DNA of 64,000 nt from Takakia lepidozioides (lineage: Eukaryota; Plantae; Bryophyta), in NCBI GenBank assembly GCA_030704615.1, contig CM060734.1, forward strand, positions 21,576,001 to 21,640,000, read 5' to 3'. Every line of letters begins with the position of its first letter. Within the stretch, counting starts at the first letter, position 1. The notes under the pieces are model-generated. The model was not told where the DNA came from and did no database searches. It saw only the letters and a list, made by a program, of their open reading frames with translations. Positions 13,233 through 24,665 of this stretch are shown here, piece by piece. A program made the translations under genes and the position numbers.

Positions 13233-14074
13233 ATGAAGGAGAAACATTGTACTATCTGTAAAATGGATAACCATTCTACTGAGAATTGTTATTACAATAG
13301 AAGGACGGCTGCAAGAGAACCTAGGCAAGTAAGGGTGCATCAAGTGCAGCCCCAGCCAAGAAGAAACAATGAACATGACCACTATGGTAGGCCTGGTGGA
13401 TATAACAATGGAATGGCAATGAGGGGTAATCCAAGAGGGAATTACCAAGGCAATCCCAGAGGCAACTATCAAGGTAATCCAAGGGGGAATTACCGGCCAA
13501 GAAATCAGTATTATAGAAATAATCCCAGAACAGACCAAGGGCGAGGACCCAATGGTGAAGAACTGTGTTACTATTGTAACCAGGCAGGACATCGCAAAGC
13601 AACCTGTCCATTCTGGATCAGACACCAGAATGAGATGAGAGCTCATGTGAATGAGGGCCCAGTGGTGGCAGCTCACATGGTTAGGCCATGTTTTGTGCCA
13701 GAAGTAAGTACAATGATAGTTACCAGAAGCAAAGCTAAACTAATACCTCCAGTGGATGAGGAAGACGATGTAAATGAAGATGGCAGTGATGTACCTGAAG
13801 ATGATGAGGCTTGGAGAGATGAGAAGGAACTGCACAAGGAAGTGGCTGATACCATAAGGGAAATGCAGAAGAATACTGATATCCCTATGGCAGATTCTTC
13901 TGACACTGATAGAGAAGATGAAGAGGGTGAAGATGAAGTGAAGCAAGAAGCTGCACAAGTGCAGGGTAATGAAGGGACTTTGGCTGAAGTAGTATGCCAG
14001 TCCAAAGCTGAGATTACCATTGGACAGCTATTGGCTGTGGCACCTCATTGTAGGCACATGCTGTATCAAGCAAT
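13233..14074 (+). pseudogene. gag: gag C-terminal region of the host gypsy element (two CCHC knuckles, NPRGNYQG x3 repeat)
   Basis: CTICKMDNHSTENC and CYYCNQAGHRKATC; 24-bp repeat at ~13428-13500; continues in frame at 33777. Confidence 0.85.
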
Positions 14075-17000
14075 GGGGGGTACTATTCCGTGAGCCCGGA
14101 GGCGTGAGCCTGTGAGCCCAGGAAACCGTGAGCCCAGCACAGGCTCACGCCACGTCAGCATGCATACAGGGCCTATTTCCACGGGTGTCACCTATTACCG
14201 AGGGTTGATCAGCCATTTGCAGGGAATGCACACTGGTTGTGTTACATCTATTGTATCCATCGTTACAATCCATTGCATCCATTTAGACGTTATAAACATA
14301 CCAAGCCCCTGCATTGGAATGTGGCTACGTCGTGAGCAGGTGCACACTCACATCATCCAAAGCGGATCCCTGCGAAATCTTTTCTTACTCACCACCCTTG
14401 CGAACATGCCAAGTATGTGCGGGAGCATCATGGATGCTCACCAGAATTGAGAATGCCTGAATGATCTTTGATCACGTGGACTTTAACGTGATGGATTTAC
14501 CAAACATTCTTCTAGCAGGAATGGTTTGGAGACCAACGAGCAAATGATGCGAGAATGCTCTACCCGAACCAAAGATGTTTGTTTGTTTTTGCAATGCTAA
14601 CAATCCTGTGAGCTCCGCAAAACACTAAATAGATTGAAGGAACAATCTGGGCAGTCCATGCAACCCCCATCTCCAACGATAGTCTGTTCCCATGAATTTG
14701 TATCCCACGCACACATTGCAAACATGACAACAGGGACACACAACCATCCCATTTCCAAATTGGCCCCGAATAAAAGCAAAAGAAAACTTCATATCAAATA
14801 TCACAGTCATCAGAATCAGTATCAACCTCCTGTGCTATGTCATCCACAAAGATTCCGGCCCCAACACCACGTCTTCTACCACGGCCGTTGATTGTTGGAC
14901 TGCGAGTGCCATGAACGGACATGCTTGCTGCGAGTGCCTCCGCATAGACAGGTAGCACGTAAGACTGAGGAGGACTTGAAAGAAGTCCAAAAAGGTGTGA
15001 TAGCCCTGGAGGGTCAGTGGAAGCACGCGGACTCCTGCACAAGTCGACAAAAACCCATTTTGAACACAATGATGCAATGCACAAGTCCAACGAAGAGGAT
15101 GTCTCTCATGTGCACTTTGCCTTAAGAACAGTGATTCTGGGTATTGAAACAACAATGCAAGCATCCACAAGTTGAACTTACTCACAGGCAAAGTCAGAGG
15201 CCAGCTCCTTGTCGGAAGTCTCCCCTGTATCAATATCAGCGGGTAGGGGCTTCGGAAAGACTTGAGAAATGTGTCCACCCAAACCCATCAGGAGGTTCTT
15301 GTAAATCTCGGCATCCCCTTCAATCCCAAAGAGATGTCGCGCATTGGCCTTGCAAGCGTGGTACGAGGCACCTGCAGTGGAATACAATGAAGGAAACAGA
15401 CATTGAAGACACTTTTGGAACGGTGGGAAGAGCTGAAAGTGCAAGCTCAAACAAACCTCATGAAATGTGAATGTTGAAGAGACGAACCTGTGCCCATTGA
15501 CAAATCCAGAACTCTAGCGTCTGTGTAGGTGCAGCACTCCACAATCGTCTGAATGAAGCCGGGCTCCTCTCCCTAGCCCCTCTCCAAGGAACCCCATTCC
15601 CCCTTCGCAAGCACACGTTGTTGTCCACGTAGTTGTGGTGCATATCATCCGTGGGAGGATCTGTCATCTCGTCTATGAACTTGCCCCCATGAGTGATTGC
15701 GAACTCCCTAATGACGGCTGGAGTCGTAGGTGGATGCACTCGGACGAGACAAACAGCTTCAAACAAACGAGTCTGCGAATAGGACATACACAATGAACTA
15801 AGAATCTTGAAAACCAGGCCCCTACATATTCATTTGAGCGACTTATGCAACTCCATCCGAGAGCCACCAAGAAGAGGAATAAGAAGGCAGATTTACCATC
15901 TCTCCGGGACGATCCCCCTTCGTCAGGTACATGCTGTTAACACAATTCCATGTCTTCACGACCCTCATACGGGAGGCTTTCAAATAGCTGGCAAGTGCAC
16001 GGCGATAGCGAAGGTCGATGGACTGGATGAGCACCAAAACACCTGCATCAGACAGAAAGAAATTGCAAAAGGAGAAAATCCACCGCCAGTAGCGCTCATC
16101 AAAAGCATTCCAACCTGGACAAGCACCCGATGGACGGACATCCGGGACTGGCAACCCATCAAGGATGTCCAAGATGATGAGTTTGGCTGCATATGGCTTC
16201 TCCTTCCCGTTGACCCAGGATTTGGTCATTTTAGCCTGCAAACAAACATGCAATGGAATGCTCAAGAGGATTGAAACGATCCATGCCCACAACAAACAAG
16301 AAGCAAAAGACAACACGCACCGTGCCGAGGAACTCCACAATCCTCTCCCACACTGGTGATGGTTCGCCCGTGTAATCAGATTTCTTGGACTCCATCATGG
16401 CAAGGAACCCGACGTTGGCCATCTCTAACCTGGTAGGGCGAATGACCCTTGTGGGATGCTCCACTGCATGGTACAGGTCCTTGGGATCAACCACCCCCTT
16501 GTTCTTTCTCCCAGATCCCCTACCATGCGGTGGAGTCTGCTGGACATCCACCAGAGGGCCAGTATCTGCAACACTTCCCTGCCCACCTATCTGCCCTTGT
16601 GCCCCCTTCCCCCTACCCCTTCCTTTCCCCACACCACCAGCAACATCCTTTCCCTTTGCCTTTCTACCTTTACCCGGTGTATCCTGAGCGGGAGGCTCCT
16701 TCTCTGCAAGAGTCCTCAAATTTCTATCATGAATTTTGAGGTCGGCTGCTGCGGCGCTGGCTGCTATACGCTCATTCTCTCTCCTCAAAGACACCTCTTG
16801 AGCTGGGGTCTCAGAAGCAGGGCAAACCAAATACCAACCACAAGCAGAAAGATGGTCTGGGCCCCAGTCATGCAAGATCCCCGTAGTAAACATGGTCTGG
16901 TTGCCAGTAGGGACAAGCCAAAGGTCCACGAAATCAGGATGTTTGTCCAAGCAGTTCTCTGCCATGAGAACATACTTTATGTACCTGCAGGAACAGAGAT

Positions 17001-19049
17001 AGCCTCATTATGCAATGCAAATATTGTCTCCCAGCTTTTCCACCCCATCACGAAGACCCCCTAAAAGAGTATGCGACATAGTACACTCCACCACAAACTC
17101 ATATGAGCCAGCCAAAAACAGGTTGGATGGAGGAGAGTGTGTCTATGCAAAACAAAGAAGCACAGTCCATTTTGCACCTGTAAAGGCATCGTTTCCAGGC
17201 TTCCTCTCCTTTCTCTTGCTGGTCAAGCTCATTTGTTCGACTGATGCCAGCATCCTTGATGAACTCTCTGAAGAAACAAGATTGCCACACTGTGGCTCTC
17301 CATTTCCTCATGTATGCTTGGAAGGAGACCTTCGGTTCTGTCATGGTGATCCCATAGTCAGCCAGCTGTGTATGTAGAACCGACCGGGCCCTTTCCTCCA
17401 ACTGCAGACCAATACAAAAGCAAGAATGAACCCAAAAACAATCACAACCAATGTAACATGGAAAGATAATGACAGAAAAAGCAAAAAGAAAGTGACACAG
17501 CAAATGACATCATACCTGGCTCCAGTAAGTGGCCTTGTGAAGCTATGTGTCCAGCACATTGTCACTGACAGGAATGACACGCTTGGTCTTCTTCTCTTTC
17601 TCCGGCCTGGGGAACATGTGGGTATCCCTAACAGTGGGATCGGAATTCGATATCTATAGCCACTTCACCTTCTGTTCTGAAGACACAATGGCAGTAGACA
17701 ACCTGTGTAACTTCTCCTGGGCCATCTCCGGCTTGCCTGGCTTGTTGTAATGGTTTTTCACCTCTTGAAGGAACTCTGGTCCGAAGGTTGGGTCTGCAAT
17801 TCTCAGTTGTTTCACAAAAGCACTCATAATAGTCCTTCTTGTGGCGGTTATCTCTTTCTGGATGTGACTCTCAACACCCTTTGCTGTCCTTATCTCCTCA
17901 GGGGTAGAGCTGTAGTATTCCAGTTTGCCACGCTCTCCTGCATCTGCAATGTCTTGCTGCAAGGGAATGCACGAGAGTTGCATCAACCCAAGGGCAAGGG
18001 AAACAAACATGTGGAAGCAGGAATATCGAAAGGCCAGATGATGGAAGATGTATCTCACCGCGTACATATACTCCATGAAAGCCTCACGGGTCAACGAGTA
18101 CCACGTTTCTGATGTCTTGGAGTATATGCTGTCTCTGCTGAAAAGATGGTCTTGAAGTTGGTCAAGGGCATCTGCCCGATCCTTTGTATCCTGTACAGTG
18201 TGTGAACCAGACTCGTTCTGACATGCGATGTCTCCGTCCCTCTGCAGAATGATGTCTGAAAGTCAGAATGAAATTCAAGGACTGGAACCAAAGAACCACG
18301 GAACCACAAGTGGAACATGTAGAATGAGAAACCAACCTGTTCACATCATTCATTGCCGTCAGAAGACCCATCATGTTCCCGTCACAATCCAGCACCATCG
18401 ATCGAACAGAGTAATGCCACTTTTCCTCCTGTGAGTGCAGCCTCCCAATGACAGCCATCCATGCAAGCAACCGGTGGTTGCCATCCCAAACGTGAAACAT
18501 CTTCCCTGAGAATGCCTGGGTGGAAGGTTTCCTGGAGAGAAGAAGTTCGAAGGATTCGTTCACCTGTCTCCAAATGGGATCCCAGGAGTCCACGATTGAC
18601 TCATCCAGAAGGAGCTCATTGCCTCTGGAATCCCTTGTAGAAACGTAAAAGACTGCGGATCCATCCAAATACCCATGAACAAACTCGGCCTCCAGCTTCA
18701 GGATGTCCTTGATGAGGGGTGGACGAACGACGGGCATGGAAACCAACCTACACAGGGGAATCTTCAACCTCCCACCCGGGGCAAGCATACTTTGCACCAC
18801 AAGCTGAGAGTTTACCTTCTGACCCCCCGGCATCTCAGTGGCTTTGCTTTCATAGAACTCATCGTCCACATCAACAATGATCTCCTTCCCCTGCCCCGAA
18901 GGGATCTCATCCGCCACACTTTGCATCTTCTCCTGCAGGGTTGTTCATTCAAATTGATATAAGAGAGAGGCATGAAACGATGGTGTTTTGAGCATGGCAG
19001 ACAGGCCCCGTGTGGCCCAATTTCTCATCAGAAAACAAGCATTGTGGGG

Positions 19050-21027
19050 GCCGAAAACACTGTGCGTTCCCGCACATTGTTTCAGCTTCCAAATAGTGGT
19101 GTTTTGAACATGATATTTGGCCCTATGTGGCACATTTCCACCAAAAAAACAGGCAGAGAGGGGGCCAAAAAGGGGGCACAAATAGTGTACGTTGCCACAC
19201 ACTCTTCGTGCTTCCAACTATGCGAGTTTTGAGCATGCATACTGGCCCTGTTTGGCCCAATTTCACATAGAAAAACAAGCAGAGAGGGGGCTAAAAACAG
19301 TGTGCGTTGCCGCACACTGTTTGAGATTCCAATAAGGGTTGGATTCAACCTGCCAGAGTGGCCCTAGGTGCCCGATTTTCACATCAAAAAACAAGCAGAT
19401 AAGGGGGCTCAAACAGTGTGCGTTGCCGCACACTGTTTGAGCTTGCAATAAGGTGTGATTTTAACATGGCATAGTGGCCATGAGTGGCCCATTTTGAAAT
19501 AAAAGAAAAGGTTGTGAAGGGGGCTCAAACAATGTGCGTTGGCACACACTGTTTGAGCTTCCATTTCCGGGTGGATTCAACCTGCCAGACTGGCCCTAGG
19601 TGCACAATTCTCATGTCAAAAAATAAGCAAATCAGGGGGCTCAAACAGTGTGCGTTGACGCACACTGTTTGGGCTGCCAGGTAAGTGTGAATTGAACCTG
19701 ACAGAGATGACCTTTGTGGTCGATTCTAAAATGAAAAAAAAAACGTTAAGTGTGGGCTCAAACAGTGTGCAATCCCGCACACTGCTTGAGCTTCCAAAAA
19801 GGGGTGGAATGAATCTTAGAGAGAGGCGACTGTGTGCACGATTTTCACATTAAAGAAACAATTACAAGGGGGGCTCAAACAGTGTGCGTTGACGCACACT
19901 GTTTGAGCTGCCAGGTTAGTGTGGATTGAACCTCACAGAGATACCCTGTCTGGACGATTTTATTATGAAAAAAACAATGAGAAGGGGGGCTCAAACAGCG
20001 TGCGTTGGCGCACACTGTTTGAGTTTCAAAATAGGGGTGGATTGAACCAGACAGACAGGCCCCTGTGTGCACTATTTAAACACCCAAAAGACAAACGGGG
20101 GGCTCAAATAGTGTGCGTTGCCGCACACTGTTTGAGCTTCCAATTCGGGGTTGATTCAACCTGCCAGATTGGCCCTACGTGCCCGATTTTCACATGAAGG
20201 AACAAGCTAAAAAGGGGGCTCAAACTGTGTGCGCTGCCGCACACTGTTAGAGCTTCCAAATAGGGGTGGAATGGACCTGCCAGAGTGGCCCTATATGGCC
20301 GATTTTCACATGAAAAAAACAATGACAAGGGGGGCTCAAACAGTGTGGGTTGACGCACACTGTTTGAGCTGCCAGGAAATTGTTCATTGAACCTCACACA
20401 AATACCCTGTCTGGACGATTGTATTATGAAAAAAACATCACAAAGGGGGGCTCAAAAAGTGTGCGTTGGCGCACACTGTTTGAGCTGCCAGGAAATTGTT
20501 CATTGAACCTTAGAGAAATACCCTGTCTGGATGATTTTATTATGAAAAAACAATGAGAAGGGGGGCTCAAACAGTGTGCGGTGCCGCACACTATTTGAAC
20601 TTCCAATTCGGGGTGGATTCAACCTGCCAGAGTGGCCCTATGTGACCGTTTTGCACATAAAAAAACAAGCAAAATAGGGGGCTGAAACAGTGTGCGGTGC
20701 CGCACACTGTTTGAGCTTCCAATTCGGGGTGGATTGAACCTGCTAGAGTGGCCTTATGTGGCCGATTTTCAAATGAAAAAAACAATGAGAAGGTGTGCTC
20801 AAACAGTGTGCATTGAAGCTCAAAGAGATGCCCTATGTGGCCGATTTTCAGATGAAAAAACAATGACAAGGTGGGCTGAAATAGTGTGCGTTGACGCACA
20901 CTGTTTGAGCTGCCAGGTAAGTGTGCATTGAACCTCAAAGACATGCCCTATGTGGTCAATTTTCACATGAAAAAAACAATGACAAGGTGGGCTGAAAGAG
21001 TGTGCGTTGACGCACACTGTTTGAGCT
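19050..21027. repeat. Intronic tandem array, ~116-bp unit, each with a 36-bp palindrome GCTCAAACAGTGTGCG-TTGA-CGCACACTGTTTGAGC (~18 units)
   Basis: Palindromes at ~19290, 19407, 19523, 19640, 19755, 19872, 19988, 20102 ... 20991. Confidence 0.95.
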
Positions 21028-24000
21028 CATATATGCCGATCACTTTTTCGGATCATAATTTAGAATAGCACATTTGATGTACATTAGTATATATTTTATG
21101 AAGTTTAGTATGAAAACATATTAAGAAATCATAAATAAAATGGAATTCTAGCAATGGCAGAGACAGAGGACAAGTCGAAGGACAACTCTTTGATTCCAGG
21201 ATTGACAGACCATGTATGTGTTGCACAGGTGCCTCGCTCTTATTATTTACCGTTGACAGGTGGTTATAAGAAATGACAGAATGCGCTAGCGGTGGTTGAT
21301 GATGAAGGCCGCAATGACGTCTTTGAGATTCGCAAAACGGGTAGAGATCAAGGAGGAATGGGTTTACATGCTGGCTGGGCCTGCACACACTGTACAACCT
21401 CTCATAAGTGCACGGAAGTGGTGGGCGTTTGATTCCGTTAGTACGCGTTGGCGATGGCTGCCAGACTGCCCTGTGGATTATACCTTGGAAGTTTCCAACA
21501 AAAAGTCGGCAGTTACAGGAACTCCGATTTTGGTTTGCGGACAATACCCTAGAGATTACATGGTATGGAGGTATGATCTAGAAATCAATGAACAATCTTC
21601 AGCGCCAAGAATGATTCAGGATCGATGTCTTTGTAAGTTAGCAAATGCAGGAAAATATGCTTATCTTGCTGGAGGATCTCACCTGCAGACGACTCTCAGA
21701 ACAACACTACAACTCGCTACTTCAAGCATGGGAACCTCTCCCCGATCTCAACATAGCACGGGAAAGGGATCTAATGGGAAAACAAGGATAAATGTGAACC
21801 GCTGGATATTGGTTGATCAAGGGTAGCGATCCCCACTTCCCAAATGGATGAATGACATGGATGAGGAGCAACATTCATGAGGATTTAAAACGGTTCATGT
21901 ATCAATTTAAGTTGGTCATGTACCAACTTAAGTTGGTCATGTCCCTGGATGGATGAAAGTTACAGATAGATGAAAATTATGAGGAAGAATGAAAATGGAT
22001 GAAATCAGCGGATGGGACCATAGATGGATGGATTACGGGCTGGATCTCTGGACGGATGACAATGGATGGAGGAAAAAACACATGGTTCGATCTGGACCGT
22101 TCAGGTGGAGGGCGTAGATCTGAAGGATTAAAACAAAAAAGATTATATCTTATATTAATGAACACTCTAGGGAAAATTAATAAAAAAACTCTAACTAGGT
22201 GTCGGTGCTTAAATGCACAAGTAGTAATTTATTATTTTCTTGGAGAAAGGCATGGATGAAAGTGGTCAACACAAGTGACGGATGTAGGGCGACGGACTGA
22301 TATAAATCAGCCGACGAAAGAGAGAACAGACAATCAAGTTCTTATTTTCTCTCGCTCTCGCTCTTTCTCTTCGCTCTCTTTCTTCGTTTTAATGTAGGCT
22401 AGATGTTGTAGTGAAGAGGAACGGTGTATAGTGAATTGGTTTTTATTAAACATTGCAGACGCACGCCGTTGGAATCAAGGTGCCGTGTTAGTGGACGTGA
22501 GTCGTGTGGTACGCCGAGACTTGCATGATTGAAGTAGAGAAGTTTGTTACTGTCTAGATTTCCTTTGAGTATTCGTGTACCTACCCTCTTATAATCTGAT
22601 AGATCGTTCGTACCATAGCAATTCAGATCAGTCCGTGAGCAGAATTCATCAAACTTGCACCATCAGCGACATCAACTTGGGACTCGTGCTCGGGTGAGCA
22701 CCGTGTGAAGAAAATCTACCTCGAATAGTTGATTATGTTGTAGAAAATTACCCCCTATACCTACTTGGAGTTCTATAGAGACAGCCTTGAATCTGAATTT
22801 CAGGTATCCTAGACAGTCCTAGATTTACGCCGCGCTAGGGGAAACGACCTTGGAAATCTAGCACTCCTAAGCTACCGCCAAATCATTGTAAAATTGTCTC
22901 GTTTTGGTTGGTTGTTTTCTTTTGCTTCTTTCTTCCCTACTCTGTTCTCTTCTATCTTTTCCATGTAATGAGCCTGGGGTACTTAAGTTGAAGGGGCTAA
23001 TCATCAGAATACCGCCCTATCGATTTTCAACTGGAAAATCATACTAGGATGTGACTTAGTTGTTTTTTTTGTTGGCCCAGCACATCCAATCTTATTGCTT
23101 AAATTACTAACTTCAAGCTGAGACCTTAATTAGTGTTTGGATGATCTAGAAGAGGTGCTGATTGAATCTCATAGAAGGAAGAATGTAAATGGGAATTTGA
23201 TTCAAATTTAAGGAAAACAAGTGGTGAGTGCAGAATTATGAATTTTTGAACAAAGGAAATTCTTGACTGCAAATAGTTTTTATTATTATTATGAGCAGAT
23301 ACGATTTGAGTTAAAAACCTTTTTATGAACTTTGATTCATAAAACAATTCTAAAATCTTGTGGAGTAAAGCTTAGGTTACAGCTGATGCTTTACGGAAAG
23401 TGAATCGAAGAATGTAGCAGGGACTTATGAATTTTTGAAAACAAGGAATTCTAACTGCCAGGCCATGTTAAAGAGTGAGCTTAGAGTATTGTGTTTAAAT
23501 AACTAAAAGCAACCACCTTGTAACAACATCTCTATATTAGTTTAATGGTTAGTCTGGTAGTCTACACCCTCGTGGTTTGGGATTAAACTCCTACAGGCTG
23601 TAATTTATATATTTTTGTTCATCTTTGTAATAGCCCTATAAGTACGTAGATAGACAAGACATTATTGAATAGAACTTGAAGGACTTATTGGTTAGAGATT
23701 GTATTTGCACATTTGTGGTTGGGGTTTCAAATCCCAATTGCTGCCGCACTACTTCCTATAGTTAGTTTTGACTCTCTTCTTTTATTTTTGGTTATAGTAA
23801 GTTGGACTGATCCTTTCCTCAGAATGGCCTAATTAATTATATATTCTTGACTCACCTAGATTAATGGGTACTAGTAAAAACTAGATAAATCAGTATCTCT
23901 ACCCTTTGAACATATATATAAAGTTATTCAAAAAGAAAAGAAATACTAAAGTTGATTAATTGAAATTAATTTGTTGTTGTTTACTGAATAATTAATATTT

Positions 24001-24287
24001 ACACTAGATATCTCTTCTCTAAAATAACCATAACCCTTATACCATATAACAGGGTAATTATACATTCGCATTGCTTATTCCTGGACTATTGTTTTTGTAA
24101 ATACGTCAGTGAGTTAGTACTAACTGTTGGTTACAAATTACAAACGCAAAACACATAGAAAAATTATAATCCACACTAGCAGCACCCTCGGGGCTAGGCG
24201 GCGCCTTCGGGACTTAACCTAGCTCTGTCTAACACGAACCCTAAATTTAAGTATGCAACTGTTAATGGGGTGCATTAATGGTTGACA
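21028..24287. mobile_element. Foreign insertion in the palindrome array; right end ...GTTGACA (retroelement-like terminus), left end ragged
   Basis: The array unit tttgagct|gccaggtaagtgtgcattgaacc is split exactly here; no clean TSD; TATA at ~22301 followed by a CT-rich tract. Confidence 0.6.
21296..21690 (+). pseudogene. Captured fragment of a plant F-box/kelch-repeat gene
   Basis: EEWVYML...WWAFDSVSTRWRWLPDCP...KKSAVTGTPILVCG...VWRYDLEIN...APRMIQDRCL...GKYAYLAGG follows the plant F-box/kelch pattern (WxAFDP, ESLAVGTxLLVFG, PRCLF, LAGG). Confidence 0.75.
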
Positions 24288-24665
24288 CCAGGTAAGTGTG
24301 CATTGAACCTCAAAGACATGCCCTATGTGACCGATTTTCAAATGAAAAAAACAATGACAAGGTGGGCTCAAACAGTGTGCGTTGACGCACACTGCTGGAG
24401 CTGCCAGAAAATTGTTGATTGAACCTCATAGAGACACCCTGTCTAGACGATTTTATTGTGAAAAAAACAATGAGAAGGGGGGCTTGAACAGTGTGCGTTG
24501 GCGCACACTGTTTGAGCTTCGAAATAGGGGTGGATTGAACCGGACAGAGAGGCCCCTGTGTGCACCATTTCCACACCAAAAAACAAGGCATAAGGGGGGC
24601 TCAAACAGTGTGCGTCAACGCACACTGTTTGAGCTTCCAATTCGGGGTGGATTCAACCTGCTAGA
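24288..24665. repeat. Continuation of the ~116-bp palindrome array (3 more units)
   Basis: Palindromes at ~24366, 24482 and 24599. Confidence 0.92.

Noticed and set aside
19050-21027. CRISPR array (36-bp palindromic repeat, regular period)
   Set aside because: The ~80-bp inter-repeat sequences are diverged copies of one another, the array is intronic, and there are no cas genes
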